From the IMG/VR virus record IMGVR_UViG_3300028361_000018: a DNA stretch of 27,924 bases; one strand, written 5' to 3'. A model generated the notes under the pieces. The model worked only from the letters and a program-made list of their open reading frames with translations, had not been told where the DNA came from and searched no databases. Below are positions 15,353-23,730 of the stretch, piece after piece; position 1 is the stretch's first letter; every line of letters starts with the position of its first letter. The DNA is from a virus (lineage: Duplodnaviria; Heunggongvirae; Uroviricota; Caudoviricetes). The position numbers and the translations under genes were made by a program.

Positions 15353-15673
15353 ATGGGTGTTGATGTAAGTGCAAAAGTTATGGTCGGTATACACTTCGAA
15401 TCACACGATGAAGGAATGGAGTTTGTTAAAGAGTACTTTAATCCCGAGGAAGACTTCGACACTGATGACATTAGCGAGATTACTAATGGACTGTCCTGGC
15501 AATTGATCACTGCCTACTCTGACAGTGGAGGAGTAATAGGAATAGAAATCACGGAAGACACCCTAGACGCATTTGGTATTGGAGTTAAAGACTCATGGGA
15601 GTCAGTGTACAAGCGTCTACCGGCAGACGTACATAGCAGAGTAAAGCCACATATTTGGGCGCAATACTGGTAA
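15353..15673 (+). CDS. hypothetical acidic protein, 106 aa
   Basis: ATG 15353 follows AAGGAG, preferred over the track's 15314. Confidence 0.8.
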   Translation: MGVDVSAKVMVGIHFESHDEGMEFVKEYFNPEEDFDTDDISEITNGLSWQLITAYSDSGGVIGIEITEDTLDAFGIGVKDSWESVYKRLPADVHSRVKPHIWAQYW

Positions 15674-15706
15674 AACATCTATATACAGCACAAACAAAGG
15701 AAACTC

Positions 15707-17494
15707 ATGTCAGATAATTTTAAGCTATTAAGCGATAAAGACCACGTAATACAAAGATTTAGTATGTACGGTGGTAGCCAGGTCCTGCAAGAGGAAACTG
15801 CTTTTATAGACGCTGAGTTTCAAATAGTAAAAGTAGTAGGCGGTTTACTCAAAGTGATCAACGAGATCATTGACAACAGTGTGGATGAGCATGTTCGTAC
15901 CAAACATGAGTTTGCAACAAAAATTGATGTAACTGTAGATGCTAACGGCACTGTCTCTGTGTCCGACAATGGACGAGGAATCCCTACAAATAAAGTAGAT
16001 ACGCCAGACGGTCCAGAGTATCAAATGGTAGCAGCGTTTACAAGAGCAAGAGCTGGTTCAAATTTTGACGATGACACTCGAGAAAGCATCGGCATGAACG
16101 GCATAGGTTCTATGATTACGTTTGTAACCGCAGCTAAATTTGAAGCTAGAAGTGCCGACGGTAAGAAAGAAGTAAAGATGATAGGTATTAATGGGCAGGT
16201 AGATCAGATCACAACCAAGCAAACAACTAGGCAGGGCACAACTATAAAATTTACACCCGACTATGCTTTCTTTGGTATGGCCGGCATTGATGCAACTCAC
16301 ATCAAGCTGATTGGGGAACGAGTAAAATCATTAGCACTAGCGTTTGATACTATTAAGTTTAAGTTTAACGGTGAGCTGCAAAAGGTTAAGTACGCTGACT
16401 ACTTTGGTGAGTGCGATACCTTTGCTACAGAACACGCACTGTTCAGCATTGCTAAGTCAGACGGTAGTTTCCAAACACATTCGTTAGTTAACGGACTGAG
16501 CGTAAAGTCAGGCACACACATTGACTACTTTGTAAGCAACGTAATTAGTGAGTTCCGTGAGGTACTCAAGAGGCGTAAGAAGACCGACATTACAGCAGCA
16601 AGGCTCAAGCAGCACCTGCGAGTGCACGCAGTAGTTAACGGGTTTGGACAGCTCAAGTTTGACAGCCAAACTAAAGAACGCGTGACAAATTCGTCAGCTG
16701 AATGCCGAGAAGCAATTGGTGAAGTTGATGCCAAGAAGATTGTTGCTAAGCTGATGAAGAACATTGACCTAATTGACGAGATCACAGCTTATACCAAGAT
16801 GCAGGAGGATCTGCTGGCCAAGAAAGACCTTAACAAGCTGGAAAAGAAGAAAAAGATCATAAGTGACAAGTACGTAGCAGCCATTGGCGGAACACATCGA
16901 ATTTTCGTAGTAGAGGGAAATTCGGCGGCCGGAGGAATCATTAAATGTCTCGGGCGTAAAGGCAACGCATTTTACGCACTCAAAGGCGTGCCATTGAATG
17001 TGTTAGAAGTAAGCCACCAAAAGTTTATGGCCAACAAAGAGCTGAGCGAATTGTACAGTATTATTACAACTTTTCCAGATGCTGAAATCTGTATTGCTAC
17101 TGACGCTGACGCAGATGGATCACGTATACAAGGTCTCTTATCTTTGTTTATGTTCAAGTACTTCCCTGAGTACTTGAACAATGGTAAAATGAAACTATTA
17201 CAAACTCCCATTGCTATTGGCAAAAAAAATAATATCGTAAAAGAATGGGCGTACTCGTTTGCTGATGTGAGTAAGATCAGCAAAAGTCTAGATGTACAGT
17301 ACCAAAAAGGACTAGGCAGTTGGAGTGTGAAAGATCTACAACATATTATTTCTACAGACACACTGTCAGAAATGCTCCCAGTAGTGTCAATTACCGATAC
17401 TGATCTATTTACACAATGGTTCAGTGGTAGTACAATAGACTTTCGCAAGCAACAACTACTACAATCAGCTCCCTTCGACATAATGAGAATATAA
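15707..17494 (+). CDS. type IIA DNA topoisomerase large subunit (ATPase + TOPRIM; T4 gp39+60/GyrB-like)
   Basis: EIIDNSVDE, SDNGRGIP, GMNGIGS (GHKL); VEGNSA, LKGVPLN, DADADG (TOPRIM); YQKGLGSW. Confidence 0.95.
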   Translation: MSDNFKLLSDKDHVIQRFSMYGGSQVLQEETAFIDAEFQIVKVVGGLLKVINEIIDNSVDEHVRTKHEFATKIDVTVDANGTVSVSDNGRGIPTNKVDTPDGPEYQMVAAFTRARAGSNFDDDTRESIGMNGIGSMITFVTAAKFEARSADGKKEVKMIGINGQVDQITTKQTTRQGTTIKFTPDYAFFGMAGIDATHIKLIGERVKSLALAFDTIKFKFNGELQKVKYADYFGECDTFATEHALFSIAKSDGSFQTHSLVNGLSVKSGTHIDYFVSNVISEFREVLKRRKKTDITAARLKQHLRVHAVVNGFGQLKFDSQTKERVTNSSAECREAIGEVDAKKIVAKLMKNIDLIDEITAYTKMQEDLLAKKDLNKLEKKKKIISDKYVAAIGGTHRIFVVEGNSAAGGIIKCLGRKGNAFYALKGVPLNVLEVSHQKFMANKELSELYSIITTFPDAEICIATDADADGSRIQGLLSLFMFKYFPEYLNNGKMKLLQTPIAIGKKNNIVKEWAYSFADVSKISKSLDVQYQKGLGSWSVKDLQHIISTDTLSEMLPVVSITDTDLFTQWFSGSTIDFRKQQLLQSAPFDIMRI

Positions 17495-17495
17495 T

Positions 17496-18833
17496 ATGGC
17501 ATCAACAACTCCTGTAGTCCAGCTAGAAGACTTCTTTAAGAATGATTATATCTCTTTCAGTGTGTACGACAACGTGCGCAAGCTGGCTAGCTACATTGAC
17601 GGCCAAAAGAATAGCGGACGTAAGATCGTATACACTGTGCTGCAACAGAACGTTAACAGCTTCGTTAAGGTGTCTAACCTAGGCCCGAGGGTGCAGGATT
17701 TTTCACAGTATTTGCATGGCAGCCTTGAAGGTACTATTGTTAACATGACTGCTGACTATGTGGGCAACGGTAACAACCTACCCTTGCTGGAAGGTGACGG
17801 TAACTTTGGTAGTGCGTTTATTAACGATGCGGCTGCTACACGTTATATTTTTGCTAGAATGGCGCCGGCACTTAAAAACCTGTTTGTTAAGGAAGACTTT
17901 GTAAACCTAGTAAGCCAAAGCTTTGAAGGAACTAAAATTGAACCGAGGTTCTATGTGCCTACATTACCTGTACTGGCCATAAACGGTAGTGAAGGCGTGA
18001 GCATCGGCTTTGCACAAAAGATATTTCCGCGTAGTCCTAAAGAAGTGCACAAGTGGGTTCGACAACGTGCAGAAGGCAAACGAGCAACTGCTGATCTTAC
18101 TCCCTATTGGAACGGAATGAAGTGCACAGTAGAGCAAGGTGAAACATCTGTGCAGTGGCTGGTTAAAGGCAGCTTTACACGCAAGACAAAGCATCGCTTG
18201 CTGGTTACATCAATTCCTGTGGGCTATACACTCAAACAGTATCAGAGCGTTTTGGACAAGCTAGTTGACGATAAAGTAATTAAGGACTACGATGACCTAT
18301 CAGACAACGACGAGTTTGAATTTGAACTACATGTAGATCGCGCATTTGGTGATAAAGACGACGAGTGGATTTTGAACAAACTCAAGCTGATCAGGAAGAT
18401 GAGCGAGAACTTTACTTGTATTGACGAGAACAACAAGATTGTAATCTTTGATAGTCTCAAACACTTGCTAGACGAATGGTATAACAAGCGCATTGAGTTT
18501 AATCAACTGCGCAAAGAATATATACTTCAAAAGATGCAGGACGATATGGACCATGCCGACGCAAAAGTTTTATTCATAAAAGGTGTTATTGAAGAGAAGA
18601 TTGAGCTACGTAATAATTCAGAAGTCAACATTACCAAGCAAGCCGAATCATACTCCTCGGTACTTGTAGGTAAAGTTGACAAATTCCTAACATTACCTAT
18701 GCGATCACTGACTAAGGAAGAAATTGCTAAACTGAAAAAACAATCGTCTGAACTAAAAGCATCGATTACTGAATATAAGAAACTGTCGCTTGAAGAGATT
18801 CTTGTAAATGACTTGCAAGCAATAAAACTATGA
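17496..18833 (+). CDS. type IIA DNA topoisomerase medium subunit (T4 gp52/GyrA-like)
   Basis: IDGQKNSGRK, YLHG..SL, GNFGS, AATRY catalytic Tyr, EPRFYVPTLP. Confidence 0.95.
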   Translation: MASTTPVVQLEDFFKNDYISFSVYDNVRKLASYIDGQKNSGRKIVYTVLQQNVNSFVKVSNLGPRVQDFSQYLHGSLEGTIVNMTADYVGNGNNLPLLEGDGNFGSAFINDAAATRYIFARMAPALKNLFVKEDFVNLVSQSFEGTKIEPRFYVPTLPVLAINGSEGVSIGFAQKIFPRSPKEVHKWVRQRAEGKRATADLTPYWNGMKCTVEQGETSVQWLVKGSFTRKTKHRLLVTSIPVGYTLKQYQSVLDKLVDDKVIKDYDDLSDNDEFEFELHVDRAFGDKDDEWILNKLKLIRKMSENFTCIDENNKIVIFDSLKHLLDEWYNKRIEFNQLRKEYILQKMQDDMDHADAKVLFIKGVIEEKIELRNNSEVNITKQAESYSSVLVGKVDKFLTLPMRSLTKEEIAKLKKQSSELKASITEYKKLSLEEILVNDLQAIKL

Positions 18834-19192
18834 GAACACGTTATCAGGTTAATGATAAAAATCAAGTAGAGGAAATAGTGCAGGTTGTAATAGCCACAGG
18901 CCATGTTAGTATGGAGATTTTCCTAGACACTGCTATAGATATTATGTTTCGAAACAGCATCGAGCAGTGGAAGGATACATTTGAGTCAGGCAAGTGGTGT
19001 AAAAAACATTGCCTGTCTTTAGAAATTATTAGAACACAGGATCTAGGCAGGCAGCAGTATAGGCTAAGCATAGTGTCAGACATGACAGCTCGCGATCACA
19101 CTTATTTTCTGCTCAAGTGGGGGGAGCAGGCTGTGTCCAGAGAGTTATTTATTGACACCATGCTGAGTAATGCTAAGTTAGAAGCGAAATAA
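18830..19192 (+). CDS. hypothetical protein, 120 aa
   Basis: ATGA overlap; HTYFLLKWG motif. Confidence 0.8.
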   Translation: MRTRYQVNDKNQVEEIVQVVIATGHVSMEIFLDTAIDIMFRNSIEQWKDTFESGKWCKKHCLSLEIIRTQDLGRQQYRLSIVSDMTARDHTYFLLKWGEQAVSRELFIDTMLSNAKLEAK

Positions 19193-19223
19193 ACTAGTCA
19201 TAATACCCGGTAATAGTACAGCA

Positions 19224-19229
19224 TAAATA
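19224..19229 (+). promoter_or_regulatory. late-type promoter core TAAATA, 5 nt before ATG 19235
   Basis: CATAAATA-GTAGT-ATG. Confidence 0.6.
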
Positions 19230-19234
19230 GTAGT

Positions 19235-19585
19235 ATGCTAAATTATAGAGACAAGGTTGTTACTATTACTGAACAACTAAGATTTTGGAAGTGGGTAGCT
19301 AAATTAATAGTTATTACCTTTGCAATCTTAGTAATAGCTCTTGTCCCTCTTGAATTATTACTGTTTAATCAAATAGTTTTTATAGGATTATTATTATTTG
19401 CAGTTACGTCTGTTGTTTGGTGGATATGGGCAGTAATTAACATTAAAATTCTGTTAGAAGCATTGTTACAAGCAGCAAGTGGTATTGACGCAGTTAATAA
19501 TGAATTTGTGATCATAAAATTAGAAATTAATAAAATTAAGTTAGATCACACTGCTATTGAAGACACAATAGCACACAAAGAATAA
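19235..19585 (+). CDS. membrane protein (2 TM helices + coiled coil)
   Basis: Two hydrophobic stretches (about residues 20-45 and 47-70) and a heptad-like C-terminus. Confidence 0.75.
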   Translation: MLNYRDKVVTITEQLRFWKWVAKLIVITFAILVIALVPLELLLFNQIVFIGLLLFAVTSVVWWIWAVINIKILLEALLQAASGIDAVNNEFVIIKLEINKIKLDHTAIEDTIAHKE

Positions 19586-19592
19586 ATTAGAA

Positions 19593-19621
19593 TTGACATC
19601 TTCTTTAATTGAATGTATATT
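19593..19621 (+). promoter_or_regulatory. sigma70-type promoter for the queD-like/fpr pair
   Basis: TTGACA(19593-19598)-17-TATATT(19616-19621). Confidence 0.75.
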
Positions 19622-19690
19622 GCACTAAGTGGCCTACTTCATTCATCCCACTTTAAATACTCTGCATGCAAACACTAACGAGAAATAAAA

Positions 19691-20194
19691 ATGAGTTTTG
19701 AACCAGTTACATATAAATTTGTCAGTACTAAAGAATACGTTGACGAGTTTGCTTGTGCTTATAGACAATGGCGAGCAGATAGTCATTGTAATGTTATTCA
19801 CGGTTACAGTTTTACTATGAAGTTTTACTTTGGAACTAACGAGCTAGATACAAGAAATTGGGTAGCTGACTACGGCGGATTAAAAGAGTTAAAAGGTGTG
19901 TTGCAAGACCAGTTTGACCACACTACCATATGCAGTGAAGACGACCCCCATCTTGACTGGTACAAGGAAGCTGAGCGTCGCGGAATTATGAAGTTAAACA
20001 TTCTGCCCAGATTAGGCTGCGAAGGCCTAGCAGACATGCTCTATAAGTATGTAAATGGCGTTTTTATTCCGGACTACTGGGGGCCAGGTGAAGCAGGCAG
20101 ACTATGGTGCTTTAAGGTATCTGTGCGAGAGACTCAGACTAACGAAGCACATCGTATCGGACACAGAGAATGGAACGAAGACTTGTTTGAGTAG
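19691..20194 (+). CDS. queD: QueD/PTPS-family (6-carboxytetrahydropterin synthase-like) protein
   Basis: SHCNVIHGYS, NWVADYGGLKELK..LQDQFDH, GCEGLA, VSVRET T-fold motifs. Confidence 0.85.
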   Translation: MSFEPVTYKFVSTKEYVDEFACAYRQWRADSHCNVIHGYSFTMKFYFGTNELDTRNWVADYGGLKELKGVLQDQFDHTTICSEDDPHLDWYKEAERRGIMKLNILPRLGCEGLADMLYKYVNGVFIPDYWGPGEAGRLWCFKVSVRETQTNEAHRIGHREWNEDLFE

Positions 20195-20240
20195 ATATGT
20201 TGTTCGCTTAAAGTACAGTAATAATAATTGGAAGTAATAA

Positions 20241-20945
20241 ATGCTATTAACAGTAACTGAAGTAGAGCACTACACTGACACACTTTTCAGAATAAGAACA
20301 CATCGGCCTCAGACGTTTAGATTTTCCGCTGGTGAATTTATAATGATCGGAATTAACGATAGTGTAGAAAGAGCATACTCGATTACCAGCGGACCTTATG
20401 ATAGCGAGTTAGAATTTTACTCGATCAAAGTTCCTAACGGATTGTTGACTAGTAAACTGCAACATATTAAAGTAGGTGATCAACTTAAAGCAAGCGAAAA
20501 GTCTACTGGTTCTCTTACTCTTGCCAATGTAGAATTAGGTGGAGATCTTTGGATGCTAGCAACTGGCACGGGGATTGCACCGTTTATTAGCTTGTTACGC
20601 GATCCGGCTACTTACGATGCGTTTGATCAAATCCACCTAGCGTGGAGTGTGCGTTCTCAACAGGAACTAGTTGCTTACGACGCGTTTCTAAAAGAATCCA
20701 ACGTCCAATACATCCCTATAGTTACACGCGACCCAGTATACACTGGGGAGACGAAACGCATCACACAGCTAATCACAGACGGTGTTATTCTTACAAACAG
20801 CACTCCGCAGCAGAACAAAGTAATGCTGTGCGGAAGTATGCCGTTTAACAAAGATGTTAAGGATCTATTGATTAGTCGAGGATGGCAGGAAGGCACAAGA
20901 AAAGCAGCCAGCACTTTTGTACAAGAAAAGGCGTTCGTTTTATAA
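20241..20945 (+). CDS. fpr: ferredoxin/flavodoxin-NADP+ reductase
   Basis: RAYSI, KVPNGLLTS, ATGTGIAPFISL, MLCGS, FVQEKAF. Confidence 0.9.
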   Translation: MLLTVTEVEHYTDTLFRIRTHRPQTFRFSAGEFIMIGINDSVERAYSITSGPYDSELEFYSIKVPNGLLTSKLQHIKVGDQLKASEKSTGSLTLANVELGGDLWMLATGTGIAPFISLLRDPATYDAFDQIHLAWSVRSQQELVAYDAFLKESNVQYIPIVTRDPVYTGETKRITQLITDGVILTNSTPQQNKVMLCGSMPFNKDVKDLLISRGWQEGTRKAASTFVQEKAFVL

Positions 20946-20950
20946 ACTAG

Positions 20951-20978
20951 TTGACACGCTGGTTAAAGGTGCTATAAT
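20951..20978 (+). promoter_or_regulatory. sigma70-type promoter with extended -10
   Basis: TTGACA(20951-20956)-16-TATAAT(20973-20978), preceded by TGC; argues against the track's start at 20917. Confidence 0.8.
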
Positions 20979-21009
20979 AGTGACACACTCACTTAGACAC
21001 GAGCACACT

Positions 21010-22041
21010 ATGTTTGATCAGAATATACCAAGAATCGGATGGGCATGCAAATTTATGGATGCAGACCAGACTCAACCTAAAAAAGTGCTAGAAGAAATAC
21101 AGCGCCCTCTCAATACCAAAAGTACTACTGTACAGTGGCTTAATAGACAAACACGTGAAGTTGCTGAGCAGCGCTTGTGGGACATTATGGTACACAACAT
21201 TAATTCATACAAGCTATTGATTGGGCATATAGCAACTCTGCCCAAAAACCGTAGAATGATTAGATTAGGCAGTGATTGTTTGCCAGTGTATACTCAGCAG
21301 GATTGGAGCTACTTCTGGAAACAATCCGATGTACGCAACTATTGTGAACAGCACTTTCTCGAAGCAGGAGATATTGCTAGATCAAAAGACGTAAGGCTCA
21401 GCTTCCATCCAGGACAATTTCTGGTACTAGCTAGTGATTCTCCTGATATAGTTGAGCGCAGTATAGAGGAGTTTGAATATCATGCAGATATGGTACGATG
21501 GATGGGCTTCGGACAGCAATTCCAAGATTTTAAAGTCAACATACATATATCGGGTCGAAGAGGCCCGCAAGGCATACGAGAGTCAATCCAACGACTATCT
21601 CCAGAAGCAAGAAACTGCATCACAATCGAAAATGACGAAAACAAATGGGGCATTGAACACAGCCTCGAACTTGTCGACGATTGTGCCCTTGTTTGTGATA
21701 TACACCATCACTTTATTCGTGAAGGGGAGTACATTCAGCCAACCGACGATAGATATCTACGTGTAATTGATAGCTGGAGAGGTGTACGTCCTGCAATACA
21801 TTATTCGTACAGCCGTGCCGAATATGTTGAGCATGTTAATGACAAGTTTCCCGATATGAATATGTTGTTAGCAGATGGTTACAAAAAGCAGAAATTACGG
21901 GCACACAGTGATTGGTACCCGAATCAAGTAGTTAACGAATGGGCATTGCAGTTTCTTAACACCGCAGATATTATGTGTGAGTCGAAAATGAAAGGTTTAG
22001 CATCTAAGAAGCTATACCAAGAGTGGATGGCATCACAGTGA
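21010..22041 (+). CDS. uvsE: UV DNA damage endonuclease
   Basis: RIGWAC, RLSFHPGQF, NIH, TIENDE, CDIHHH, HYS, RAHSD; start MFDQ at 21010 lies downstream of the promoter. Confidence 0.9.
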   Translation: MFDQNIPRIGWACKFMDADQTQPKKVLEEIQRPLNTKSTTVQWLNRQTREVAEQRLWDIMVHNINSYKLLIGHIATLPKNRRMIRLGSDCLPVYTQQDWSYFWKQSDVRNYCEQHFLEAGDIARSKDVRLSFHPGQFLVLASDSPDIVERSIEEFEYHADMVRWMGFGQQFQDFKVNIHISGRRGPQGIRESIQRLSPEARNCITIENDENKWGIEHSLELVDDCALVCDIHHHFIREGEYIQPTDDRYLRVIDSWRGVRPAIHYSYSRAEYVEHVNDKFPDMNMLLADGYKKQKLRAHSDWYPNQVVNEWALQFLNTADIMCESKMKGLASKKLYQEWMASQ

Positions 22042-22436
22042 AAGTAAATTTAACAAATGACAGCTATTCATATAGAGCTTGGTTAAGGAGCGGCACTAGA
22101 TCATATAGAGCTTGGTTAAGGAGCAGCACTAAATCATATAGAGCTTGGTTGAGGAGCGGTACCCACCCAATGTCGCTGAGTAAGATGTACGAACTAACTA
22201 TTTATGAGCCCTGGTGGCGAGAAAGCGTACTAGGAATGATAGCCACTGCCGAGAAATTGCAAGAGACTCGTTGCTTACAGGTTGGACGACATTGTTTCTT
22301 AACAGGCAAAAAATTATTCCTAAAGAAAGCAGTAAGAGTTAGTGCAAAGATGAATATTGGTTACTCGAAGTTTGTAGACAATGAAGTCTGGATAGACCGT
22401 AAGGAATATTTACTACTGCTATTGAAAGGAGGATAA
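22023..22436 (+). CDS. paralogue 1 of a tandem small-protein family, with an N-terminal 11-aa x3 repeat
   Basis: RHCFLTGKKLFLKKAVR...WIDRKEYLLLLLK; start uncertain (GTG 22023/22038 or ATG 22170). Confidence 0.75.
   Translation: MDGITVKVNLTNDSYSYRAWLRSGTRSYRAWLRSSTKSYRAWLRSGTHPMSLSKMYELTIYEPWWRESVLGMIATAEKLQETRCLQVGRHCFLTGKKLFLKKAVRVSAKMNIGYSKFVDNEVWIDRKEYLLLLLKGG
22068..22166 (+). repeat. 33-bp tandem repeat x3 (SYRAWLRS[G/S]T[R/K/H])
   Basis: Units start at 22068, 22101 and 22134; consensus TCATATAGAGCTTGGTTAAGGAGCGGCACTAGA. Confidence 0.95.
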
Positions 22437-22646
22437 ATGGATCTGACTCTGAGAGGTAAGATTATAAAAGCTACACTATGCAGGTCTTGGCTACCCCGGC
22501 ATTGCATAAGTAGCGGTCGTAATCTACATGGCAAATATGCTTATAAGATTACAACCCAGCACTACACAGAAAACGGATATGTACATACTAACACACATTG
22601 GATGGCATCTAGTGCATATCTATTACTGCAATTAATGGCAGTGTAA
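22437..22646 (+). CDS. paralogue 2 of the tandem family
   Basis: WLPRHCISSGRNLHGKYAYK...WMASSAYLLLQL; GGAGG RBS. Confidence 0.8.
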   Translation: MDLTLRGKIIKATLCRSWLPRHCISSGRNLHGKYAYKITTQHYTENGYVHTNTHWMASSAYLLLQLMAV

Positions 22647-22648
22647 CT

Positions 22649-22891
22649 ATGTTTATGAGCTTAATCCCAAAAGACAGACAAATGCGTCGGATTGTAATTA
22701 TTCAATGCCACAGTCCTAAAGAAAAAATCAGTTTGCTGCCACGTAAGTGCTTTGTTACTGGCAAGAGTTTGTTTATGAAGCAAGCTACCCGAGTACAGCG
22801 GGAGATCCGGCGTGGGGACTCTTACACAATCAAACAATTTTTTTGGGTAGATGCAAACGAATTTCTTTTAATCCAAATGGGTAAACAATGA
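22649..22891 (+). CDS. paralogue 3 of the tandem family
   Basis: LLPRKCFVTGKSLFMKQATR...WVDANEFLLIQM. Confidence 0.8.
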   Translation: MFMSLIPKDRQMRRIVIIQCHSPKEKISLLPRKCFVTGKSLFMKQATRVQREIRRGDSYTIKQFFWVDANEFLLIQMGKQ

Positions 22892-23163
22892 GCGTAGAAA
22901 AAATAACCGGAACTAGAAAAGAGAGAATTCGTGTACTAACTAAGCACCGATTAGTAGTGAAAGAAGCTCGGTGCATGTGGTTCTGGCGATGTACAATTTC
23001 CAACAGGGTATTGTTTATGAAGCAGGCCGTTAAGTTAACTCGTGTGATTACCGGCCCGGGATCGCCTGTTCTATTCGATTACTGGGTGTCTCCTAGGGAA
23101 TATACACTGTTGCAACTAAGTGGCAAACTTGAGGAGCCAGATTATGATTTTTGGGGACAGTAG
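22888..23163 (+). CDS. paralogue 4 of the tandem family
   Basis: FWRCTISNRVLFMKQAVK...GPG...WVSPREYTLLQL. Confidence 0.8.
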   Translation: MSVEKITGTRKERIRVLTKHRLVVKEARCMWFWRCTISNRVLFMKQAVKLTRVITGPGSPVLFDYWVSPREYTLLQLSGKLEEPDYDFWGQ

Positions 23164-23410
23164 AGCAGAATACATTGACTCAGTATCAAGAAAGGCGTTT
23201 GCAAATATGGAGATGAGATTAAGTCCCAAGAAAACTTCTGAAGGACGATGCTTTAATTTTAATGCTCGTTGTTTCGTTACTAATAAGAGACTGTTTGGCA
23301 GGAAGTGCGTTAAGGTAGGATGTCTTATTACTACCGCGATACACTATGCCTATTTATCTAACTACTATTTTGAACCAAAACAATATACTATGTGGTGTCT
23401 AAGAGAATAA
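23144..23410 (+). CDS. paralogue 5 of the tandem family
   Basis: NARCFVTNKRLFGRKCVK...FEPKQYTMWCL; ATG 23144 lies 7 nt after GAGGAG. Confidence 0.7.
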   Translation: MIFGDSRAEYIDSVSRKAFANMEMRLSPKKTSEGRCFNFNARCFVTNKRLFGRKCVKVGCLITTAIHYAYLSNYYFEPKQYTMWCLRE

Positions 23411-23413
23411 ATA
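23408..23413 (+). promoter_or_regulatory. late-type promoter core TAAATA, 5 nt before ATG 23419
   Basis: ATAAATA-TGTTC-ATG. Confidence 0.6.
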
Positions 23414-23418
23414 TGTTC

Positions 23419-23718
23419 ATGAACCCATTAAAAAGAATGTATAACAGTGGTACCCAAAACGCTACACCCTCAGATAAGAATCCTAATCGTGTAAGCGGCG
23501 GTCTTAAAGCACAAGGACAAGACAGTTTTACTATGCTAGGTGAAGATGGCTTTGATAAAGAGGTGCCTACCCAACGCTATGTAAAAAGTTTAGAAGATCA
23601 GGTCCGGAAGCTGCGAGAAGAAACTCAGCTTACTAGCAGAAAGCTAGCAAGACAAGATACTAATGTTCAGCGTCTTTCTGCAATAGTAGATCAACTTAAA
23701 AATAATCCCAGAGGTTAA
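23419..23718 (+). CDS. hypothetical protein with C-terminal coiled coil (start 23413 or 23419)
   Basis: SDKNPNRVSGGLKAQG...YVKSLEDQVRKL...; in-frame ATGs at the late promoter. Confidence 0.75.
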   Translation: MNPLKRMYNSGTQNATPSDKNPNRVSGGLKAQGQDSFTMLGEDGFDKEVPTQRYVKSLEDQVRKLREETQLTSRKLARQDTNVQRLSAIVDQLKNNPRG

Positions 23719-23730
23719 CTAGTTTACTCC

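Noticed and set aside
20917-21009. N-terminal extension of UvsE from ATG 20917
   Set aside because: Overlaps the fpr 3' end and spans a consensus promoter; family similarity begins at MFDQ (21010)
22068-22166. CRISPR array
   Set aside because: Units are head-to-tail with no spacers, in frame within an ORF, and no cas genes are present
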